Below are positions 40,130 to 47,605 of a DNA stretch of 47,605 nt, piece by piece. Origin of the DNA: Candidatus Aenigmatarchaeota archaeon. GTDB taxonomy: Archaea > EX4484-52. Both the position numbers and the translations under genes were made by a program. The stretch covers positions 1-47,605 of the forward strand of contig JAGLPV010000016.1 of assembly GCA_023137195.1 (NCBI GenBank), written 5' to 3'. Positions within the stretch are counted from its first letter, which is position 1, and each line of letters begins with the position of its first letter. Under the pieces are notes generated by a model. That model saw nothing but the letters and a program-made list of their open reading frames with translations, was not told where the DNA came from and searched no databases.

Positions 40130-41463
40130 GATTTAGCGAGAATGAAACTTTAGAGCTGAAGAAATCAACTTCAGAATTAAAAGAAGGAATAATTTCTATT
40201 GTTGCTATTCTTAACAAACATAATTCAGGAGAGTTAATTTTTGGAATTAATCCAAAAGGAGATGTAAATGGACAACAAGTTTCAGAAAAAACAATTAGAG
40301 ATATCTCTCAAAAGATTGCAAGTTCAATAGAGCCAAAAATTTATCCGGAAATCAATAAAAAAATAATTGAAAGCAAAGATTGCGTAATTGTTAAGTTTAT
40401 GGGCGATGAACCAATCTATTATGCGGAAGGAAAAGCATATATTCGGGTTGGAGATGAAGATAGGCAGATGTCTGCCAAAGAGATTGAAAAACGAATAATC
40501 TCAAAAAGTAGCATGAGATGGGATTCAAAACCTTCTGACAAAAAAATAACAAATGTTAATGAAGAACTGCTTAAAAAATATTTTTCTGAAGCTAAAAATG
40601 CAGGCAGAATTAGTTTTTCTTATTCTAATAAAAAAAGTGTTCTTGAAAAACTTGAGTTAATTCATGGAGATTATTTAGTAAATGCAGGAAAGATCCTTTT
40701 TTGTGATGAGAATTCATTGGAAGTTCAAAGTGCAGTTTTTGCCGGAACGGACAAAAATACATTTCTCGATATAAAAGATAAAACCGGAAATCTTCTTGAT
40801 TTAATTGATTTTTCCGAAAATTACATTAAAGAGCATATTAATTGGAGAGCGGATTTATCCAGCAGTACCAGAATGGAGATTCCAGAAATACCAATAAGAG
40901 CTATATCTGAAGCATTAGTAAATTCATTTTGTCATAGAGATTATACTGCACCAGAGAGCAATAAAGTTGCGATATACAAAAATAGGGTTGATATATGGAA
41001 TCCAGGAGAATTTCCTTCTGATTTCAAACCTATGGATTTTATAAAAAAAGATTTGCCATCAATTCTTAGAAATCCTAAAATTGCTAAAATTTTGTACTAT
41101 AATAAGAAAATTGAAAGGTGGGGTTCTGGATTAAAAAGGATTTATGATGAATGCAAAACTCACAATGTTAAGGTTGAATTCAAGGTTTTAAGCTATGGAT
41201 TTAGCGTTATTTTTTATCGGACACAAATCGAACAGGAATTAGCTGCAAATCGGACACAAATCGGACACAAATCGGACGCTGAAACAAGGCAAAAATGGAT
41301 TCTTGATTATTTGAAACAAAAGAGTATAATTAAAAGTATGGAGATTATTAATAAATTTAAAGTCGTAAAAGATACTGCTTCTCATGATTTGAATAATCTG
41401 ATTGAGGAAGATAAAATTGTTAAAAAAGGAGCAGGAAATAATGTGTGGTATGAGTTAAAATGA
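40126..41463 (+). CDS. AlbA_2 (Schlafen-like) + HATPase_c_4 + winged-HTH protein
   Basis: ENETLELKKS, LIFGI, EALVNSFCHRDY, RNPKIA, IERWGSG and C-terminal wHTH. Confidence 0.88.
   Translation: MRFSENETLELKKSTSELKEGIISIVAILNKHNSGELIFGINPKGDVNGQQVSEKTIRDISQKIASSIEPKIYPEINKKIIESKDCVIVKFMGDEPIYYAEGKAYIRVGDEDRQMSAKEIEKRIISKSSMRWDSKPSDKKITNVNEELLKKYFSEAKNAGRISFSYSNKKSVLEKLELIHGDYLVNAGKILFCDENSLEVQSAVFAGTDKNTFLDIKDKTGNLLDLIDFSENYIKEHINWRADLSSSTRMEIPEIPIRAISEALVNSFCHRDYTAPESNKVAIYKNRVDIWNPGEFPSDFKPMDFIKKDLPSILRNPKIAKILYYNKKIERWGSGLKRIYDECKTHNVKVEFKVLSYGFSVIFYRTQIEQELAANRTQIGHKSDAETRQKWILDYLKQKSIIKSMEIINKFKVVKDTASHDLNNLIEEDKIVKKGAGNNVWYELK
41216..41278 (+). repeat. 11-bp tandem repeat (CAAATCGGACA) inside the coding sequence
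   Basis: Three tandem units at 41246-41278 plus two partial units at 41216-41234. Confidence 0.85.
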
Positions 41464-44400
41464 ATGAAGAACAGGCAAAATTGCTATTGGATGAGACATT
41501 TAATAAAGAGTTTAATATTTCAAGATTTTCGAATTTTTTAAAAGAATTAGTGAATACTTCAAATTTATTTTCTCAGGATAAAAGTCAATTTATTCCAAGA
41601 CAATTTAAGGATTACATTCTTGGAGTTACAAAGATAGGGCAATATAAAGACAATGCAGGAAAATCAATGGAACTTCTTGCCATAAAACTTGCGAAACATT
41701 CTTCTCTTGAAAGAGCAAGAACCATGCAGAGAAATTTTATAGCTAAATGGCTTTCAAATAATCCTGCTGAACCCGAAGGTGCCATTGTGGCATTTTATGA
41801 TGATGAACAAGATTGGAGATTTTCTTTTGTAAAATTAGAGTATACTCTTATTAAAGACGATAAAGGCAATCTAAAGGGGGAAAAAGAACTTACTCCTGCA
41901 AAAAGATATTCATTTTTAGTGGGGCGTAATGAACCAAATCATACTTGTAAAAAACAATTTGTGGATTTACTATCTGATAAACAGGATCCTTTATTCAATG
42001 AAATTGAAAATGCATTCAGTATTGAAAAGGTCACTAAAGAATTTTTTGAGAAATACAAAAATTTATTTTTGAGATTAAAAGAATCATTGCAAGAAGTAAT
42101 TGAAAAAAATTCTATTGTAAAAGATGAGTTTCTAAGGATTGCCGGAAACGATAAAGGCGAGCTTGAAAAGTTTGTAGTTGAGTTTTCAAAAAAATTGCTG
42201 GGGCAGATAGTTTTTCTTTATTTTCTGCAAAAGAAAGGATGGCTTGGAGTTCAAAAAGAGAGCAATGGAAAATTTAAAAAATGGGGAACCGGACCAAAAG
42301 ATTTTATGAAGCGGTTGTTCAATAAAGAATACGGATGTTATAATAATTTCTTTAATGATATATTGGAGTATTTATTTTATGATGCACTTGCAAGAAAAAG
42401 AGATCAGGATATACATAAATTTAATTCATTTGAATTTAAGATTCCTTTCTTAAATGGCGGTTTATTTGAGCCATTAGATGGCTATGACTGGGTAAACACA
42501 AACATCTACATTGAAAATGCAATATTCGAGGATATCTTCAAAACATTTGATGAATTTAATTTTACCGTAAAAGAAGATGAGCCATTGGAAAAAGAGGTTG
42601 CTGTTGATCCAGAAATGCTTGGAAAAGTTTTTGAGAATCTTTTGGGGGTGATCGATAGAAAATCAAAAGGGGCATTTTATACACCCAGAGAGATAGTGTA
42701 TTATATGTGTCGGCAATCTTTGATTAATTACCTGGAAACAAATACTTCTATTCTAAGGGGTGATATTGAGAAGTTTATCCAACTGGGAGATATTACAATA
42801 TCTACCAATATAAGAACATTGGACGAAATTAAAGAATTGGAAAAAAAAATGATCTCTGGTTTTGTTTCTGCAGAGGAATTTGGCAAAAAAATAAAAGAGC
42901 ATTCAGAAAAATTAGATATTCCATTAAGTATTGTCAGAAATAAAGAAAAAATTGACAATTTGCTTGAGACAATAAAAGTTGTTGATCCAGCTGTTGGCTC
43001 AGGGGCATTTCCTATTGGAATGATGAATGAAATAGTTAAGGCAAGGTCTATTTTATCCATTTTCTTGGGAAATGAAAGAGAGGTTTCTGATTTAAAAAGA
43101 CATTGTGTTGAAAATTCGCTTTATGGCGTTGATATTATGCCTTCTGCTGTAGATATATGCCAATTAAGATTTTGGTTGTCTTTGATAGTTGATGAGGATG
43201 ATAAAGATAAAGTAAAACCGCTTCCTAATCTGGACAATAAAATCATGTGTGGAAATTCATTATTAGAAGAGTTTGAGGGCGTAAAATTATTTGATGAGAG
43301 TCTGCTTGCAGAAGAAATCAAAGATATTCGCCCTGAACTCGATAGAATTGATAAAGAAATTAAAGAAACATATTTGAAGATTGGAGAGATAGAAAGAAGA
43401 GACCTTAAAGAAGACAGAACTAAACTTAAAAGAGAAATTAAAAAGTTGGAAAAGCAAAAAAAAGAGCTTCAATGCAAGCCGGAGAATACCGAGAGGAATT
43501 TGACTCTTGGGGAAATTGGAAAACAAAAGATTAAAGAATCTAAGCTAAAATTAGCTAAAATTCAGAATTTGCAAAAAAAATTATTCAATGAATATGATAG
43601 AGATAAGAAAACGGCGCTTAATAAAGAAATAGATAAGTTTGAATGGGATCTAATTGAAGTTACTTTAATGGAACAGAATAATGAAAAAGCTCTAGAAAAA
43701 CTAGAGAAAATAAAGAAAAGCAAATCAAAACCATTCTTCTTGTGGAAATTATACTTTTCAGAAGTCTTCCAAAGAGAAGATCCTGGTTTTGATGTTGTTA
43801 TTGCTAATCCTCCCTATTTGAGAGAGAAAGGGAATAAAGAAGTATTTGAAATTGTAAATAATTCGATTTTTGGTAAAAAATACCATCAAGGTAAAATGGA
43901 TTATTGGTATTATTTTTTACACAAAGCAATCGATATAGTTAGATTTAAAGGAAATATTGCTTATATCACCTCTAGATATTGGCTAAATAGCCATGGTTCT
44001 AAAAAACTAATTAATAGAATTAAGGGAGAACTTGTGTTTACAAATTTTATTGATATTGGGAAACTGAAAGTATTTGATAATGTAGTGGGGCAACATATGA
44101 TAGCCGTATACAAAAAAGATAATTTGCCCAATAAATTTATCTATAAGAAATTAGTAGATAATCTTGATGGAATAAATTCAAACTCAAATCCTCCAAATGT
44201 CGAGATAAGAACATTAAATAACGATAAGTTAATTGATGATGGAGAAATTATTTTACAAGTAGATTTTATTAATACAGATGGCACTATTCTTTTAGGAGAT
44301 ATCTGTAATACCTCGATTGGTATTCAAGAATCTGTTGATAAGATTAGCAGAAAGCAAATTGAGAACACAAAAAGGAAAGATATAGATGCTGGTAAAGGTG

Positions 44401-45125
44401 TTTTTGTTTTAACTCAAAAAGAAGTTGCAAAACTTGGCTTGAACGAAGAAGAAAAAAAGATTATAAAAAAATATGTTGATCCAAATGATATATATCGATA
44501 CAGTATAAGTCAAAAGAATAAGAAATATATAATCTATTCAGACAATTTAACCAAAAACAAAATTGCTAAAGATAAAGCCCATGTACATATCAAATCTCAC
44601 TTAGACAATTTAAACGAATTTATTACATCTTCAAATAAGCCGTATGGACTACATAGACCTCGGGAAGTAAAATATTTTACTATACCTAAGATAATATTTA
44701 AGGGCATGTTTAGAAAGAATGAGTTTTGTTATGATGAAAGTAGGTATTTTGTTGGTTTTTCGTTCTCAACAATCATTCAGAAAGATAAAAATTATTCTTT
44801 AAAATATATTTTGGCAATTTTAAACTCAAAACTTGCGTTACATTGGTTTTACAAAAACGGTAAACTGAGAGGTGGAGGGGTAGATATTGGTACTTTAAAA
44901 CTCAGGAAGTTTCCAATAAAGATAATTTCTTCAGAGCAACAAATACTATTTATCCACTTGGTAGACCAAATCCTTTCAATCACAAAAGATGACGATTATT
45001 TAGATAATCCCGACAAACAGGTAAAAGTCAAAAGATTGGAAAAAGAGATTGATGCACTGGTCTATAAATTATATGAACTGACTCATGAGGAGATAAAGAT
45101 TGTTGAGGGATTTGGTGAAAAATGA
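41460..45125 (+). CDS. Type IIG-like (Eco57I/TaqI_C) N6-adenine DNA methyltransferase with target recognition domain
   Basis: FLNGGLF, GAFYTP, DPAVGSGAF, NPPY and YILAILNSKL...LVYKLYEL. Confidence 0.92.
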   Translation: MNEEQAKLLLDETFNKEFNISRFSNFLKELVNTSNLFSQDKSQFIPRQFKDYILGVTKIGQYKDNAGKSMELLAIKLAKHSSLERARTMQRNFIAKWLSNNPAEPEGAIVAFYDDEQDWRFSFVKLEYTLIKDDKGNLKGEKELTPAKRYSFLVGRNEPNHTCKKQFVDLLSDKQDPLFNEIENAFSIEKVTKEFFEKYKNLFLRLKESLQEVIEKNSIVKDEFLRIAGNDKGELEKFVVEFSKKLLGQIVFLYFLQKKGWLGVQKESNGKFKKWGTGPKDFMKRLFNKEYGCYNNFFNDILEYLFYDALARKRDQDIHKFNSFEFKIPFLNGGLFEPLDGYDWVNTNIYIENAIFEDIFKTFDEFNFTVKEDEPLEKEVAVDPEMLGKVFENLLGVIDRKSKGAFYTPREIVYYMCRQSLINYLETNTSILRGDIEKFIQLGDITISTNIRTLDEIKELEKKMISGFVSAEEFGKKIKEHSEKLDIPLSIVRNKEKIDNLLETIKVVDPAVGSGAFPIGMMNEIVKARSILSIFLGNEREVSDLKRHCVENSLYGVDIMPSAVDICQLRFWLSLIVDEDDKDKVKPLPNLDNKIMCGNSLLEEFEGVKLFDESLLAEEIKDIRPELDRIDKEIKETYLKIGEIERRDLKEDRTKLKREIKKLEKQKKELQCKPENTERNLTLGEIGKQKIKESKLKLAKIQNLQKKLFNEYDRDKKTALNKEIDKFEWDLIEVTLMEQNNEKALEKLEKIKKSKSKPFFLWKLYFSEVFQREDPGFDVVIANPPYLREKGNKEVFEIVNNSIFGKKYHQGKMDYWYYFLHKAIDIVRFKGNIAYITSRYWLNSHGSKKLINRIKGELVFTNFIDIGKLKVFDNVVGQHMIAVYKKDNLPNKFIYKKLVDNLDGINSNSNPPNVEIRTLNNDKLIDDGEIILQVDFINTDGTILLGDICNTSIGIQESVDKISRKQIENTKRKDIDAGKGVFVLTQKEVAKLGLNEEEKKIIKKYVDPNDIYRYSISQKNKKYIIYSDNLTKNKIAKDKAHVHIKSHLDNLNEFITSSNKPYGLHRPREVKYFTIPKIIFKGMFRKNEFCYDESRYFVGFSFSTIIQKDKNYSLKYILAILNSKLALHWFYKNGKLRGGGVDIGTLKLRKFPIKIISSEQQILFIHLVDQILSITKDDDYLDNPDKQVKVKRLEKEIDALVYKLYELTHEEIKIVEGFGEK

Positions 45126-46033
45126 AAATAACCCAGAAAGTACGTGATTATCTCGCAGATCCAGATTTGTCTAAAGTGTTTTATAATGAGATTAGACTTG
45201 ACTTTGAACAAATAAAATCTGATGATGATGAAATTTTAGGTCTGTTTCATATTAATTTTCAAAAATTAAGAGGGGGAGAAGATTTTTTGGATGGATATTA
45301 TAATTATGAAGATAAAAAAATAGTCTATAATAAAGAGTTAGAATTACTTTTTATTAAAATTGAAGAAATTTTTATAATAGTATCATTAAATAAAGAAAAC
45401 ATTCAAAATTTAGTAGACAAAATTAATAAGAGTAAATTAAAGAACTTTTTTGTTCTTTCAGAGATTAAAGACTTAAAAAATTCTTCTTTTTCTATATTAT
45501 TTTATCCTTTTTTGTTAGAAGAATTTATTAATACAAAAAATAATTATACTATCGATTTTTATAACAAATTAAGCCTATCAATAAATGCATTTAGAACCGG
45601 ATTAAAAGATGATAATCAATTATATTATTATATGTCATTTATCTTACTTAGTTCTCTTTTAGAGGAATTGTTTATTTATATTGCTAAAAAAGAAAACATT
45701 TCTTTAGACAAAACTTATAGTATTGGTGATTGTATTGATAAATTGGAAGGAAAAATGTCTTTAATAGTTAAACATCCTGATGCTGTAAGAGAGAATAATG
45801 GAGAAAAAGAATTAATTGTATATTCTGAGCAAAACAATTCTAATAATCTATTTTCTAAAAACGATAAGCACATTGGAAAAAAGATAATTAAATTGCTTAA
45901 TGAAATTAAAGATATTAGAACAAAATATGTGCATTTTGTTTCGCAGAAACCTAATAATCCCTCAGATAATTTAATTGGAATAGTAAATTTTGGTCAGTTT
46001 TTAGTATGGTGTGAAAATAATGGTTACTTATAA
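45122..46033 (+). CDS. Hypothetical protein with C-terminal HEPN-like motif
   Basis: LLEE helix and IRTKYVH (Rx4H); ATGA overlap with the MTase gene. Confidence 0.65.
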   Translation: MKITQKVRDYLADPDLSKVFYNEIRLDFEQIKSDDDEILGLFHINFQKLRGGEDFLDGYYNYEDKKIVYNKELELLFIKIEEIFIIVSLNKENIQNLVDKINKSKLKNFFVLSEIKDLKNSSFSILFYPFLLEEFINTKNNYTIDFYNKLSLSINAFRTGLKDDNQLYYYMSFILLSSLLEELFIYIAKKENISLDKTYSIGDCIDKLEGKMSLIVKHPDAVRENNGEKELIVYSEQNNSNNLFSKNDKHIGKKIIKLLNEIKDIRTKYVHFVSQKPNNPSDNLIGIVNFGQFLVWCENNGYL

Positions 46034-46067
46034 TCAAGAACGGGAAAGAGAAAAAATAAAACAAACA

Positions 46068-47605
46068 ATGGATACTGAATATGAAAATATGTATCCGTTC
46101 GAAATAGAAAAAGAGTTATCCTCAATATTCAAATCTGCTGATGAAAATAAAGACGAACAATTAAAACAAGAGGTTTTATGGGAAATTGATTTAATAAATC
46201 GTGCTTTTGGGCATAAAGGAACTTATCAAGGAAAAGAAATTGTTGAAATCAGCAACAAATGGGATTATTTCATAGATGCAGTAAGATTTAAGCCATTTTC
46301 AAATCCTCCTTTTTGTGAGTGGAAAAAGGAAGCTGTTGATTATTACAAAGGAAGATATGGTCAAACAGAAAGCAATCTGACCAAAGCGAGGTATGCTTTT
46401 GCAGTTATGGTTTTTTCTTCTGGGCAGGATAAGATTAATTGGATGAAAAAATCTGTCATTAATTGGCTAAAATGTGCTGAAAAATATGTTGCAGAGGAAA
46501 AGTACAATAAAAAATATTATGAAGTACCTCCTTTTGCATATGAATTTGTTTTGAAACTAACCATTTCATTCCGAAAAAAGGATCTGGCTAAAGAGGCTTT
46601 AGATTCGTTACATAAAAGCATAATAACAATCTTGGATTCTGGAGAAAAGAGATGGCATTTAGAGTTTTTAGAAGTAGAATCAAAATATATCAATTCATTT
46701 GTTAATATTGATGAAATAAAAAAGGAAAGTACAGATAAAATTAAAGAGATTATTAAGCGGTTAGAATCTGAGTTTGAAAAAAGTGAAGACAAACAAAAAA
46801 GTAATCATTTTGTAAGAAGCCACATTAACATTTTATTGAATTATAAAACTGAAGATGATTATGTTTTGAATGAAAAAATTGCTGAATCTCATATTGTAGA
46901 AGCAGAAGCCAGAGATGAGCCTATTGTTAAATCTTCTTTTTACAATGATGCTATTAAGAAATACAAAGCCATGCAAAGCTCTTATGTATGTAAAAAAGAA
47001 ATTATTGAAAAAAGAATTAATGAATTAATCTTAAAAAGTAAAAAGATAAATTCCAAAATAACATACCAGCAGTTTCAAACCAAAATAAGTATCACTAAAG
47101 AACAGATGGATTCATATTTAACTCATCTAAAATCTCAAAAAAAAGATTTATTGATTGCATTTTTAGACGATTTTTCATTGTTTCCCAAATATGAACAAAC
47201 TAAAAAAATGAGTGAAGAACAGAAAAAACATCATCCTCTTCAATTCATAATGCCTATAATGATTTATAATATTGAAGAACCAATTATGAAAATAACTTCT
47301 GAAACAGATATTTTTAACTATCAAGTTAGAAGGAATATTTTATTAGAATTAAAAATGGGTGAGATTATGTGCAAAACTACAATAGAATCATTAAAAAAAG
47401 AATTAGGTGCTGAGATATCCAAGACTATAGAAAAGTTAATTAGTCAGGATGAATTAAAAAATATTAAACCAACATTAAAGATAGGTTTTGATTATGTATT
47501 TGGAGAACAAAAGGATGATGTTGCCAGTTTGCATATTCTTACTCCATATATCGAAGAAGTAATAAGATTACTTCTCAAAAAAGCAGGAAAGGTTGAAGTT
47601 GTATT
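46068..47605 (+). CDS. Long ORF running off the window, DUF4209-like (HEPN-related); absent from the supplied ORF track
   Basis: Reading frame from ATG 46068 (MDTEYENMYPFEIEK...) to the window end (...ASLHILTPYIEEVIRLLL). Confidence 0.75.
   Translation, partial: MDTEYENMYPFEIEKELSSIFKSADENKDEQLKQEVLWEIDLINRAFGHKGTYQGKEIVEISNKWDYFIDAVRFKPFSNPPFCEWKKEAVDYYKGRYGQTESNLTKARYAFAVMVFSSGQDKINWMKKSVINWLKCAEKYVAEEKYNKKYYEVPPFAYEFVLKLTISFRKKDLAKEALDSLHKSIITILDSGEKRWHLEFLEVESKYINSFVNIDEIKKESTDKIKEIIKRLESEFEKSEDKQKSNHFVRSHINILLNYKTEDDYVLNEKIAESHIVEAEARDEPIVKSSFYNDAIKKYKAMQSSYVCKKEIIEKRINELILKSKKINSKITYQQFQTKISITKEQMDSYLTHLKSQKKDLLIAFLDDFSLFPKYEQTKKMSEEQKKHHPLQFIMPIMIYNIEEPIMKITSETDIFNYQVRRNILLELKMGEIMCKTTIESLKKELGAEISKTIEKLISQDELKNIKPTLKIGFDYVFGEQKDDVASLHILTPYIEEVIRLLLKKAGKVEVV

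Noticed and set aside
36920-45125. Complete DISARM or BREX system
   Set aside because: No drmA/drmB, pglZ or brxC homologue is visible in the window; genes beyond the right edge cannot be excluded.

Overview
Archaeal chromosomal segment, AT-rich, with TATA-type promoters and archaeal radA, spt5, secE and RecJ/GAN. A DPANN-type lineage such as Aenigmatarchaeota is plausible, but that is inference. Left to right: two secreted surface proteins sharing a duplicated C-terminal module; a radical SAM (RaSEA-like)-ArcS (DUF5591) fusion that looks like a one-polypeptide archaeosine synthase; secE-spt5-rpl11 (uL11 lacking its N-terminal domain)-pyrB-pyrI; a RimK-like ligase; an oxygen-defence operon (two rubrerythrins, permease, D-2-hydroxyacid dehydrogenase, desulfoferrodoxin); an AbrB/MazF toxin-antitoxin pair split by a ~95-nt hairpin insertion; fic; a low-GC two-gene islet; herA, recJ, pyrH, a bacterial-type signal peptidase I, radA, purC, aconitase X large subunit, cmk and other housekeeping genes; and, from ~36.9 kb to the end, a defence island (PLD-SNF2 helicase, AlbA/ATP-binding/wHTH protein, type IIG-like N6-adenine MTase, two HEPN-like proteins). 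Non-coding signals include a nested inverted-repeat (MITE-like) family, paired palindromic operators, a cluster of GNA-triloop mini-hairpins at the island border, and a strand-specific G/T skew that points toward the islands. I found no tRNA, rRNA, CRISPR array, transposase or reverse transcriptase. All family calls come from motif recognition by eye, not database searches.
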